Origin: an archaeon
GTDB lineage: Archaea; Nanobdellota; Nanobdellia; Pacearchaeales; GW2011-AR1
DNA length: 43,875 bases
Direction of reading: 5' to 3'
Assembly: GCA_037140195.1 (NCBI GenBank)
Contig: JBAXEZ010000002.1
Span: forward strand, 1 to 43,875
The notes under the pieces are model-generated. The model was given only the letters and a program-made list of their open reading frames with translations, was not told the origin of the DNA and made no database searches. Both the position numbers and the translations under genes were made by a program. Position 1 is the stretch's first letter. Every line of letters begins with the position of its first letter. Shown here piece after piece: positions 8,777 through 16,344 of this stretch.

Positions 8777-10185
8777 TGAAATATCTCTTTTTGGTATTTC
8801 TAATTTTATTCTCTGCTGGATTTTCTTTAGCTGCGGAAGGTGATTTATGTGATAATTATGGTGAATCTGTTACAGAGGGCAATTATCACTTTTATTGCGA
8901 TTTTAATACAAGTACCTTAAAGCAACAAGGTACTGTTGGAGCAGTATGTATGAATAATTTTGAATGTGTAGATGGTTACAGTTGTCTTTCTGGAACTTGT
9001 ACTGGTTCGTTTAATGAACTGTTAGATAAATATGCTCAAGCAAATGCTTTGGTTTCAGGGTATTGTTTAGATGGGCCTTTTTGTTCAAATATTAGTGGAC
9101 TAGCAAATGCGAATTTATTGACTAATAAAAATTGTTCTTATAGGGGGGCAGGATTCTTTTGTTATCAATGTAAAGACGCAACTTATACTTTCAATGATAC
9201 TCTAGGGGCATGTATTACGGGGATTTGTAGTTCAACACCTGGATGCCTAAGTTCTCGGGTCAATAATTCTGTGAACAATTCTAATTATTGCTCCGGTACT
9301 CAACAATGTTTTTCTTGTGATTCGGATTATGTATGGAATACGACACTGAGTCAGTGCGTTATGAAATCTTGCACTAGTACTCCTGGTTGTTTGAATATGA
9401 CTAATTTAACTAATGGGTTGGTTGTGCCAAGTAGGGTTTGTTCTACTGGAACTTGCTTTAGTTGTATTTCCGGACGTAGTTGGAATAGTAGTTTATCTGC
9501 TTGTGTTTTATCTTCTACTAGCACTACGTCTACTTGGAATACTGTGAGTTTTACCTTTGCCGAGCTTACTGCAGGTACGCATAAACTTTTGAGTGTGGGT
9601 GATAAAGTTCCTTTTGATTTTGCTGGAAGAACCTACTTTTTTGGATTGCTTGGTGCTGATTCAAAAATCTCATTTAAGATTGATCCTACTTTTAATAACC
9701 AAAATTTATATCTTGGCGAATCAAGAGCATTTGATTTAGACAGTGATGGGGCCTATGATCTAAATGTTAGTCTTCTAGGGCTTAGCTCTGGAAAGGCAGA
9801 TGTGAATTTGAAATTTGTCAGTGTATCATATTTAACTACTGATCCTACAGAATCTGAACCTTATTCTCCTGAACCGGAACAAACTCCCGAGCCCTCAAAT
9901 CCAACTCCCGGATTTTTTGAAAAGAATATGTGGGCGTTAATTGTTATTGGCGTTGTTTTTATTGCTTTACTAATTGGATTAATCTTTTATCTTATAAGTA
10001 GGCGGAACGATACTCCTTTACATGGTACTGATCATCCTGCTAGTGCTGGTAATCCTATCGCACCTAATCAACCAAGGCCTCCCGTAATGCCTGGAAATGC
10101 GCCAGGAGCAATACCTGCTGGAGGATATCATCCTTTACCTCCGAGACCTTTTGCTTCACAGAATCCGCAGTTTAGACCAAATTAG
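8776..10185 (+). CDS. Cys-rich type I membrane protein with a proline-rich cytoplasmic tail
   Basis: The ORF track starts at GTG 8773. The ATG at 8776 overlaps the upstream TGA (TGATG). Signal-like N-terminus, more than 20 Cys in the first ~240 aa, TM MWALIVIGVVFIALLIGLIFYLI, then a tail rich in P/N/Q (PNQPRPPVMPGNAPGAIPAGGYHPLPPRPFASQNPQFRPN). Confidence 0.7.
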   Translation: MKYLFLVFLILFSAGFSLAAEGDLCDNYGESVTEGNYHFYCDFNTSTLKQQGTVGAVCMNNFECVDGYSCLSGTCTGSFNELLDKYAQANALVSGYCLDGPFCSNISGLANANLLTNKNCSYRGAGFFCYQCKDATYTFNDTLGACITGICSSTPGCLSSRVNNSVNNSNYCSGTQQCFSCDSDYVWNTTLSQCVMKSCTSTPGCLNMTNLTNGLVVPSRVCSTGTCFSCISGRSWNSSLSACVLSSTSTTSTWNTVSFTFAELTAGTHKLLSVGDKVPFDFAGRTYFFGLLGADSKISFKIDPTFNNQNLYLGESRAFDLDSDGAYDLNVSLLGLSSGKADVNLKFVSVSYLTTDPTESEPYSPEPEQTPEPSNPTPGFFEKNMWALIVIGVVFIALLIGLIFYLISRRNDTPLHGTDHPASAGNPIAPNQPRPPVMPGNAPGAIPAGGYHPLPPRPFASQNPQFRPN

Positions 10186-10187
10186 TT

Positions 10188-10205
10188 ATGAGCCTAAGAG
10201 GAATT
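10188..10205 (-). repeat. 18-nt copy of the 3' acceptor/T-arm end of the tRNA-Arg gene (distal copy)
   Basis: atgagcctaagaggaatt is identical to 10480-10497 and 10346-10363. It starts 3 nt after the stop codon at 10185. Confidence 0.7.
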
Positions 10206-10345
10206 TGCTCGTTGTTTGCTCTTTCATTTTTTACTTTAGAACGTTAATTGAAAGCCAAACAACTCGACCCCTATTAAAAGAGTTTTCCAGCGACTTGAAT
10301 TTATTTTAGAAATAATTATAGATTTCACTTTGTTCAATCTATAAA

Positions 10346-10378
10346 ATGAGCCTAAGAGGAATTGAACCCCTATCTCCA
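10346..10378 (-). repeat. 33-nt copy of the 3' end of tRNA-Arg (variable loop, T-arm, acceptor 3' strand and 1 flanking nt)
   Basis: atgagcctaagaggaattgaacccctatctcca is identical to 10480-10512. Identity stops where the anticodon stem would begin. Confidence 0.8.
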
Positions 10379-10447
10379 TGTATTCGCAAAATGCACTTCG
10401 CAATAAAGTTGAAAATTATTAAAAATTGCTCAGAGCGTTTTCCTCAC

Positions 10448-10463
10448 CGAAACCTAGGTTTCG
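10448..10463. repeat. Perfect 16-nt palindrome CGAAACCTAGGTTTCG
   Basis: Read directly. 10447-10455 (ccgaaacct) also matches the anticodon-arm segment of the neighbouring tRNA gene (10516-10524). Confidence 0.6.
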
Positions 10464-10480
10464 TCCCTTTCTGAAGTTAA

Positions 10481-10552
10481 TGAGCCTAAGAGGAATTGAA
10501 CCCCTATCTCCAGGGCCGAAACCTGGCATTCTATCCGTTAAACTATGGGCCC
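10481..10552 (-). tRNA. tRNA-Arg (anticodon TCG), 72 nt, no encoded CCA
   Basis: Manual cloverleaf on the minus strand: GGGCCCA-TA-GTTT-AACGGATA-GAAT-G-CCAGG-TTTCGGC-CCTGG-AGAT-AGGGG-TTCAATT-CCTCT-TAGGCTC-A. The acceptor stem has one G-U pair and one C-A mismatch. Confidence 0.85.
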
Positions 10553-10628
10553 ATAGTTATTATTTATTCCATTATTTGATTTATTAAACTATCGGTATCT
10601 TTTTCGTCGATGGAAATAAGAGAAGGTT

Positions 10629-10636
10629 TTTAAATA
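10629..10636 (+). promoter_or_regulatory. TATA-box-like element (TTTAAATA) ~24 nt upstream of the ATG at 10656
   Basis: Read directly. It supports ATG 10656 rather than TTG 10650 as the start. Confidence 0.35.
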
Positions 10637-10655
10637 ATCAAATTGTTGATTGGTT

Positions 10656-12122
10656 ATGGTAGAAAAGAAAATTTCTAAGCAAGTAGATCTTAAGGGTATT
10701 AGTGTAAAGAAAGATGAGAATTTTTCTGAGTGGTATAGTGAAGTTGTTCAGAAATGTGAACTTGCTGACATTCGTTCTCCCGTTAAAGGATGTTTAGTCT
10801 TCCAACCCTGGAGCGTTTTATCTATGGAGAAGATGTATAAATATCTTGAAGAAGTTCTACAGAGGAAGAGTCATAAACCTTATTTTTTCCCAACGTTGAT
10901 ACCCGAAGCTAATTTAGTAAAAGAAGCTCAGCATGTTAAAGGATTTTCTCCAGAAGTTTATTGGGTTACACAAGGTGGAGGTGAGAAATTTGAGGAGAGA
11001 TTAGCTCTTAGGCCCACTTCTGAAACTATTATTTACCAAATGTTTGGTTTATGGATTAAAAGTTATAGAGATTTGCCATATAAAATGTATCAAAGAGCAA
11101 ATGTATTTAGATACGAGACTAAAGCTACAAGACCTTTCTTAAGAAGTAGAGAATTTCATTGGATAGAAGCTCATTGTGCACATCCTAGTGAAGAGGCTGG
11201 GATGAAGCAGGTTCATGAAGATATGGAAACTACAGAAGAAGTTTTACATGGTATTTTCGGATTGCCATTTATATTTTTTGAAAGACCTGCATGGGATAAG
11301 TTTCCTGGAGCACATAGAACTTTTGCTGCAGATGTTTTGAATCCAGATGGGAGAGTTGTTCAGCAACCATCTACACATTTATTAAAGCAAGATTTTGCGA
11401 AGGCTTTCGATGTTAAATTTATGGATAAAGATGGGCAAGAGAAATATGCTTGGTTAACTTGTTATGGTCCTGCAGTTTCTAGAATTTTTGCTTCAGTAAT
11501 TATTGTTCATGGGGATGATAAGGGATTAAGATTTCCGTGGAGAATCGCTCCAGTTCAGATAGCAATAGTTCCAATAAAAAATGATGATAAATTAATTGAA
11601 AAAGCTAATAAGTTAAAAGAAAAACTTTCTTCGTTCTCGTCTGTTGAAATTGACTTAAGTGAAAAAAGCGCGGGAGAGAAATTTAATTATTGGGAAATGA
11701 AAGGGGTTCCATTAAGAATTGATTTGGGCTTTAAAGATATTGAAAATGAATCATTAACTGTTTTTAGAAGAGATTTAAACAAGAAGGAATCTATTAAGGA
11801 AAAAGATTTTGTTGCGAATTTACCTAAATTTATAAAAGAATATGATAAAAATTTATTTTCTGAGGCTGATAAGGTTTTTGACAATAGGATTTCGGATGCT
11901 TCTTCTTTGAGCGAGTTGAAGAAATCTATTGACTCGGGGCATGTTGTGAGATGTAATTTCTGCTCTGTTGATAAAGAAGGTACTTCTTGTGCGGAAACTA
12001 TTGAAAAGGAAGCTGGAGCAACAGTTAGGGGAACTAAGTTAATTAGAGAGAAGGCGTCTGGAAAATGTCTGGTTTGTAGTAAAAAAGCAACGGAAGTTGT
12101 TTATGTTGCAAGACAATATTAA
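10656..12122 (+). CDS. proS: Prolyl-tRNA synthetase, archaeal/eukaryal type
   Basis: Class IIa motifs (LRPTSETIIYQMF, FRYE.KATRPFLRSREFHWIEAH, YGPAVSRI). Anticodon-binding region. C-terminal Zn-type domain ending in the typical ..VYVARQY. Confidence 0.93.
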   Translation: MVEKKISKQVDLKGISVKKDENFSEWYSEVVQKCELADIRSPVKGCLVFQPWSVLSMEKMYKYLEEVLQRKSHKPYFFPTLIPEANLVKEAQHVKGFSPEVYWVTQGGGEKFEERLALRPTSETIIYQMFGLWIKSYRDLPYKMYQRANVFRYETKATRPFLRSREFHWIEAHCAHPSEEAGMKQVHEDMETTEEVLHGIFGLPFIFFERPAWDKFPGAHRTFAADVLNPDGRVVQQPSTHLLKQDFAKAFDVKFMDKDGQEKYAWLTCYGPAVSRIFASVIIVHGDDKGLRFPWRIAPVQIAIVPIKNDDKLIEKANKLKEKLSSFSSVEIDLSEKSAGEKFNYWEMKGVPLRIDLGFKDIENESLTVFRRDLNKKESIKEKDFVANLPKFIKEYDKNLFSEADKVFDNRISDASSLSELKKSIDSGHVVRCNFCSVDKEGTSCAETIEKEAGATVRGTKLIREKASGKCLVCSKKATEVVYVARQY

Positions 12123-12124
12123 AA

Positions 12125-12976
12125 ATGGAAGCAGAAAAAATTTATTCTAATTTAGAAACGGATTTTATTAAGTCTGGATTAACTGATAGTTGGGCGCACC
12201 ATATGGGTGATGTCGTAGAATTTTTAACAGAAAACTTTAAACAAAGGAGTATGGGATTGGTTTGCGATTTTACAAATAAAATCGATAGAGTATATACTGC
12301 GGTTTTTCCGTCAGATCTTGTTATGCAGAAAATCTTGGACGATAAAGTTAAAAATTCTTTGTTGTTCGTTCATCATCCAGCTATTTGGGATATTAGAAAA
12401 TCTCCACAGGTTTTTCAACAAATGAATAGAAAGTTGTTACAACAATTTAAAGAACGAGGAATCTCTATTTATAACTTGCATGTACCTCTAGACAATTTTA
12501 GCGAATATTCTACAAGTAAAACATTAGCTGACGCTTTGGGAATAAAAAATCTAAAACCTTGTTCTCCATATGAGGGCGGGTTGGCAGGTGTTATTGGCGA
12601 AACTAAATGTAAAACTATTAAGGAATTGCAAAATGTTTTTGAGAAGGCCGTCGGGCATAGAATTAAAGTTCATCATTATGGTGATGAAAAGATAGTAAAC
12701 GGAAAAGTTGTGGTAGTCGCTGGTGGTGGGAATGAAGTAGGTTATTTGAAAGATGCATTTGATTTGGGGATTAAAGTGGTCATTACAGGAATAGGTTCTA
12801 GAAATCCTTATAGTGAGAAGGATCATAAATATGAAGAGAAAAACGGAATCAATGTTCTTGGTGGAACGCATTACTCTACTGAAGCATTTGCTTGCATTGC
12901 AATGTGCAAGTATTTTGAGAAATTAGGTTTAAAGTCTGAATTTATTAAAGATATTCCTGTTATGGAAGACATGTAA
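12125..12976 (+). CDS. NIF3-family dinuclear metal centre protein (GTP cyclohydrolase 1 type 2 homologue)
   Basis: LLFVHHPAIWD, YNLHVPLD and GGTHYSTE motifs typical of NIF3/DUF34. 2 nt after the proS stop. Confidence 0.8.
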   Translation: MEAEKIYSNLETDFIKSGLTDSWAHHMGDVVEFLTENFKQRSMGLVCDFTNKIDRVYTAVFPSDLVMQKILDDKVKNSLLFVHHPAIWDIRKSPQVFQQMNRKLLQQFKERGISIYNLHVPLDNFSEYSTSKTLADALGIKNLKPCSPYEGGLAGVIGETKCKTIKELQNVFEKAVGHRIKVHHYGDEKIVNGKVVVVAGGGNEVGYLKDAFDLGIKVVITGIGSRNPYSEKDHKYEEKNGINVLGGTHYSTEAFACIAMCKYFEKLGLKSEFIKDIPVMEDM

Positions 12977-13022
12977 TTGTTTCCACAAAAATCTTTATAA
13001 ACCCTCAGACCCTTTCTATGTT

Positions 13023-13298
13023 ATGATTAAGATAAAGAAGCAATCTAAACCTATATCTCAATTAAAGAAAGGTGATAAAATTCTTATTGATGGTAAGGGA
13101 TTAATTGTTGATGCGCATTATTTATTTATTGATCACAAAACTACTAAGGAAATGATTATTGAAGTTTATAGTGAGAAGACTGAGAAAGATTATCAACTGA
13201 GATATTTCGATGATCAGGTTGAGACAAGTTTGGAATTTTATGCTCTGGAAAATGACTTCCAATATACTAGAAAAGATGTTGGCGAAATAGAATGGTAA
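13023..13298 (+). CDS. Hypothetical small protein (91 aa)
   Basis: Clean ORF whose end overlaps the next start by 7 nt. No recognisable motif. Confidence 0.5.
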   Translation: MIKIKKQSKPISQLKKGDKILIDGKGLIVDAHYLFIDHKTTKEMIIEVYSEKTEKDYQLRYFDDQVETSLEFYALENDFQYTRKDVGEIEW

Positions 13299-13582
13299 AT
13301 AAGTTAAGTAACGCAAAACAAAAATCTCAACTTAGTTTGAGTATTCTTTTTATTCTGACTCTCATTATTTTGTTGATTGGTACTATCGCTTATAGTTATT
13401 TGGAGGGGTGGAACCTGCTAGATTCCTTATTTTTTTCAGTTACAACGCTCACTGCTATTGGTTATGGAGATATGAATCCGACCAATTCTCTTTCAAAGAT
13501 TTTTACTATAATTTATATCTTTTTAGGGATGGGTATTGTTCTCGCTCTCATTAAGGTTATTTCTCGGACGGGTGGAAGATAG
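13292..13582 (+). CDS. Minimal two-TM potassium channel pore protein (96 aa)
   Basis: TM1 (LSILFILTLIILLIGTIAYSYL), pore helix plus selectivity filter SVTTLTAIGYGDMNP, TM2 (IFTIIYIFLGMGIVLALIKVI). No cytoplasmic gating domain. Confidence 0.8.
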   Translation: MVNKLSNAKQKSQLSLSILFILTLIILLIGTIAYSYLEGWNLLDSLFFSVTTLTAIGYGDMNPTNSLSKIFTIIYIFLGMGIVLALIKVISRTGGR

Positions 13583-13612
13583 ATTTAAAAATAGATTTAT
13601 TTTGATTTTTCT

Positions 13613-14530
13613 ATGGTGAAGAATATTATTTACGTATTGGTATTGTTTAGCTTGGTTTTATTTAGTGGATTTGTTTTAGCGGAAAATGAAACTCTGGTGG
13701 TAAACTCTTCCATACAAAATGAGACTAACTTAACGGGAAATCTTTCTAGTTCTATTAACGAGACTATTCAAGTTTCTGATGCAACTATTAATTTAAAGAA
13801 TTTTTTGCCTGGAGAGACTAAACTTGGGGATGTTCAGTTAAGTATTAATGTTCAAAATATTGGAGACAAAGAACTAACTAATTTGTATGCGTTCGTGTCT
13901 GGTGATGGGTTTTCAAGCTATGATGTTATTCCTATAGATTCCTTGCGGCCATCGGAAAAATCTTATATTCTGGTTAGTGGGAATTTTAAGAAGTCTGGAG
14001 CAATAAATTTAACATTAAAAATTAATCAAGAAGTGTTCTATCGTGTCGTAAAAGTTTTTGATGACTCAATCAGCATTGCCGTGTATAACACTGCTCTTGC
14101 TTCTAACTTATCTAACGAGCTTTCTATTTTAAAAGTTAATTATTCTGATTTAGAATCTAATTATCAGATCAAAAAGAACGAGGGCTATGATGTGTCTGGT
14201 GTGAGTTTGTCAGATCTAAAAATCATGCTTCGAGATGCGCAGGCGAATCTATTGTCTGAAAATTTGGTGCAGACAAAGGTAAAGTTAGATTTAGCTCAAG
14301 AAGAGTATCAAATTCAGTTAAATAAGATGAGTAATTTGTCTAAGGTTTCATTAGCTGCAAAATTAAAAGATAATGCTGTTTTATTCTCGACACTTGCTGG
14401 TGCGATTATAACTTTCTTTACATTGTATGAATTATTAAAGAGAAAAAAAGAAAATATAAAGGAAAAAATAAAGAGTATTCAGATAAAAGATAAAGCCGGC
14501 AATAGTTATTCTGTTAAGACGACGGCTTAA
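13613..14530 (+). CDS. Surface or membrane-anchored protein: signal/TM N-terminus, CARDB-like beta domain, coiled coil, C-terminal TM
   Basis: 305 aa. N-terminal hydrophobic segment, many N-x-S/T sequons, LPGETKLGDVQLSINVQNIGDKELTNLYAFVSGDG (CARDB-like), C-terminal VLFSTLAGAIITFFTLYELL then a basic tail. Confidence 0.6.
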   Translation: MVKNIIYVLVLFSLVLFSGFVLAENETLVVNSSIQNETNLTGNLSSSINETIQVSDATINLKNFLPGETKLGDVQLSINVQNIGDKELTNLYAFVSGDGFSSYDVIPIDSLRPSEKSYILVSGNFKKSGAINLTLKINQEVFYRVVKVFDDSISIAVYNTALASNLSNELSILKVNYSDLESNYQIKKNEGYDVSGVSLSDLKIMLRDAQANLLSENLVQTKVKLDLAQEEYQIQLNKMSNLSKVSLAAKLKDNAVLFSTLAGAIITFFTLYELLKRKKENIKEKIKSIQIKDKAGNSYSVKTTA

Positions 14531-14567
14531 AGATAAAATTGTTTAGTTTTCTAAAATAATCGTAATG

Positions 14568-14575
14568 TTTAAATA
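14568..14575 (+). promoter_or_regulatory. TATA-box-like element (TTTAAATA) ~27 nt upstream of the ATG at 14598
   Basis: gTTTAAATAgtcag. It supports the unlisted small ORF being expressed. Confidence 0.35.
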
Positions 14576-14597
14576 GTCAGTTACTAATCGTATACTA

Positions 14598-14765
14598 ATG
14601 GTAACTAACGAAGAAACAACCGTCAAAGTTAGTAAGTGGTTGATAAAAGAAGTCGAGGGTTATCTAACGAGTAGCAGAAAAAATCAGACAGAGTTTCCGT
14701 CTAAGAGAAATTTTGTTGATAAAGCTATAATTGAATTACTCGCGAAAAGGGGGTTAAAACTTTAA
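14598..14765 (+). CDS. Small ribbon-helix-helix (CopG/Arc-like) DNA-binding protein, 55 aa (below the ORF-track cutoff)
   Basis: My translation: MVTNEETTVKVSKWLIKEVEGYLTSSRKNQTEFPSKRNFVDKAIIELLAKRGLKL. It shows a beta-strand, helix, helix pattern typical of RHH proteins and has its own TATA box. Confidence 0.45.
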   Translation: MVTNEETTVKVSKWLIKEVEGYLTSSRKNQTEFPSKRNFVDKAIIELLAKRGLKL

Positions 14766-14893
14766 TGGTAGACATGGAGAAGATCGAATTTGCAAGAGCA
14801 TTATTTGAAAAACTTGAAGGAATCAGTAGACAACGAACAACAATTGATGAGGCTAGAAGAAATTTTAGAATACTCGAGATGATGAAGCGTTAA
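14765..14893 (+). CDS. Small helical protein, 42 aa, translationally coupled to the RHH ORF (TAATG overlap)
   Basis: My translation: MVDMEKIEFARALFEKLEGISRQRTTIDEARRNFRILEMMKR. The last 4 nt overlap the convergent dys stop. Confidence 0.3.
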   Translation: MVDMEKIEFARALFEKLEGISRQRTTIDEARRNFRILEMMKR

Positions 14894-15885
14894 TCAATAA
14901 AAGCGCCAGCTAGTACTAAGGGGAATATAATTGTTGCATCTCCGTAAACTTTCACAGTTTCAGATTTCTGTGCGATTTTTCCCCAGGAGACTGCTTCGTC
15001 AGGTCTTGCTCCAGAGTCGCTTCCGTCAAATTCTTGTGCAGTGTTAATATAAACTGCGTAGTTTGCTCCGTTTCTATATAAGTTACAATTACATATTGCG
15101 TGTTTAACAACTCCTCCACCTAAAATTATCATTCCTGTCTTTTCTTTGCCGATTGAAGAATTGTTGAACTCTTCTGTGTCTGCTACAATGTCTAACCTGA
15201 AATCTTTATTCTTATAATTCTTGTAGAAATAAATCATATCTCCTAGAGAACCGTCCATAATTGCCGGGCAATAAACAGGAATTTCATTTTTCTGGGCCCA
15301 GTAGTAAATAGATTCTTTATTATTAATTTCTTTTCCTACTAGCCTTATTACGTCTGAAGGTGTTTTTATCTCCGTTTTGTACCTTTCAAGGATTGGTAAT
15401 AACCATTCTTCGAATTTAACGTATCTAGAATTTGGAATTAGGATGTTTCCTGCACGATTTATTCCTTTATCTCGTAAATCTGAGCCGTTTAAATTAAATT
15501 CTCCTAGTTTAAAGTCGCCCATACATTTGATGAAATCTTCTTCAATTCCGCCTGCAGTCGTTACAATTCTATCTACTAGTTTGTGTTCTACTAAGTAACG
15601 AATAAGCTCTCTATTGCCTGTTGTGACCATATTTGAAGTATATCCTAGGTAGATGTAGGCTTTTTCTTTTCTCATTTTTTTGATAATTTCGATTGCTTTT
15701 CCTAAGTTAGATGCTTGGGCGCCTGTTGAAGAATAAGAAGCTAAGAATTTTTTGAAGTTAAATTTCTCGTTGAAGTCGTAGCCTTTAATTGTCAAACCTC
15801 CGGGTTCTTGACTGTCTACAAGTAATGCTTGGCTGGCAATATCTGCTTTGTTTATAGAATTGTTGGTTATTTTAGGTTTTTTCAT
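14890..15885 (-). CDS. dys: Deoxyhypusine synthase
   Basis: YLGYTSNMVTTGNRELIRYLVEHKLVDRIVTTAGGIEEDFIKC, GGGVVKHAI and DEAVSWGK motifs characteristic of DHS. Confidence 0.92.
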   Translation of the reverse strand: MKKPKITNNSINKADIASQALLVDSQEPGGLTIKGYDFNEKFNFKKFLASYSSTGAQASNLGKAIEIIKKMRKEKAYIYLGYTSNMVTTGNRELIRYLVEHKLVDRIVTTAGGIEEDFIKCMGDFKLGEFNLNGSDLRDKGINRAGNILIPNSRYVKFEEWLLPILERYKTEIKTPSDVIRLVGKEINNKESIYYWAQKNEIPVYCPAIMDGSLGDMIYFYKNYKNKDFRLDIVADTEEFNNSSIGKEKTGMIILGGGVVKHAICNCNLYRNGANYAVYINTAQEFDGSDSGARPDEAVSWGKIAQKSETVKVYGDATIIFPLVLAGAFID

Positions 15886-15983
15886 TAGAATTAAGATAGT
15901 TCTAACTAGCTTTAGTATTTTGGTATCGCTAGTGTAGATAATTGATCTATCATGTTATTACTGAGAATTGATATCTTTTAAAG

Positions 15984-16304
15984 TTATTGGTGGGATGGTT
16001 CGGAGTTATATTTTTTGAAATCTCGTGCATAAGTTCCGGGTTCTCCCCCTTGGTCCATTTTAAAATATAACATCTTTGTTCCGCATGGCCAAATGCCCAT
16101 CCAAGAAATTTCGTAAGGCCCTGTTGCTTGTAAAAACTCTTTTGTAGAGTCTATTTCTTCTTTGGCAGATTCGAGGTCTTTATCTCTGCCAATTGCGACT
16201 CTTTCTTCTGCAGTGAGCAATTCAACCTTGTCTCCTCTTTTTACAGAAACTAAATTTCCTAATCCATCCGAGATGCTCAATCTTGTAACTTTTGTAAGTG
16301 TCAT
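15984..16304 (-). CDS. Hypothetical protein (106 aa)
   Basis: Clean ORF with an AT-rich TATA-like region upstream. No recognisable motif. Confidence 0.5.
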   Translation of the reverse strand: MTLTKVTRLSISDGLGNLVSVKRGDKVELLTAEERVAIGRDKDLESAKEEIDSTKEFLQATGPYEISWMGIWPCGTKMLYFKMDQGGEPGTYARDFKKYNSEPSHQ

Positions 16305-16344
16305 TTTAATATTTCCTAATTTTAGTTTTTAAAGATTATTGTGC

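Noticed and set aside
10097-10309. 70-aa plus-strand ORF spanning the end of the 8776-10185 gene and the tRNA-fragment region.
   Set aside because: It is an out-of-frame overlap with a supported CDS and runs through the att-like repeat. It has no promoter or plausible start context.
10346-10480. Considered whether the 33-nt tRNA 3' fragment plus the anticodon-arm-like palindrome form a second, intron-containing or split tRNA gene.
   Set aside because: No 5' acceptor strand complementary to TAGGCTC, and no D-arm, could be found on the minus strand between 10379 and 10480. A decayed duplication or att scar is more likely.
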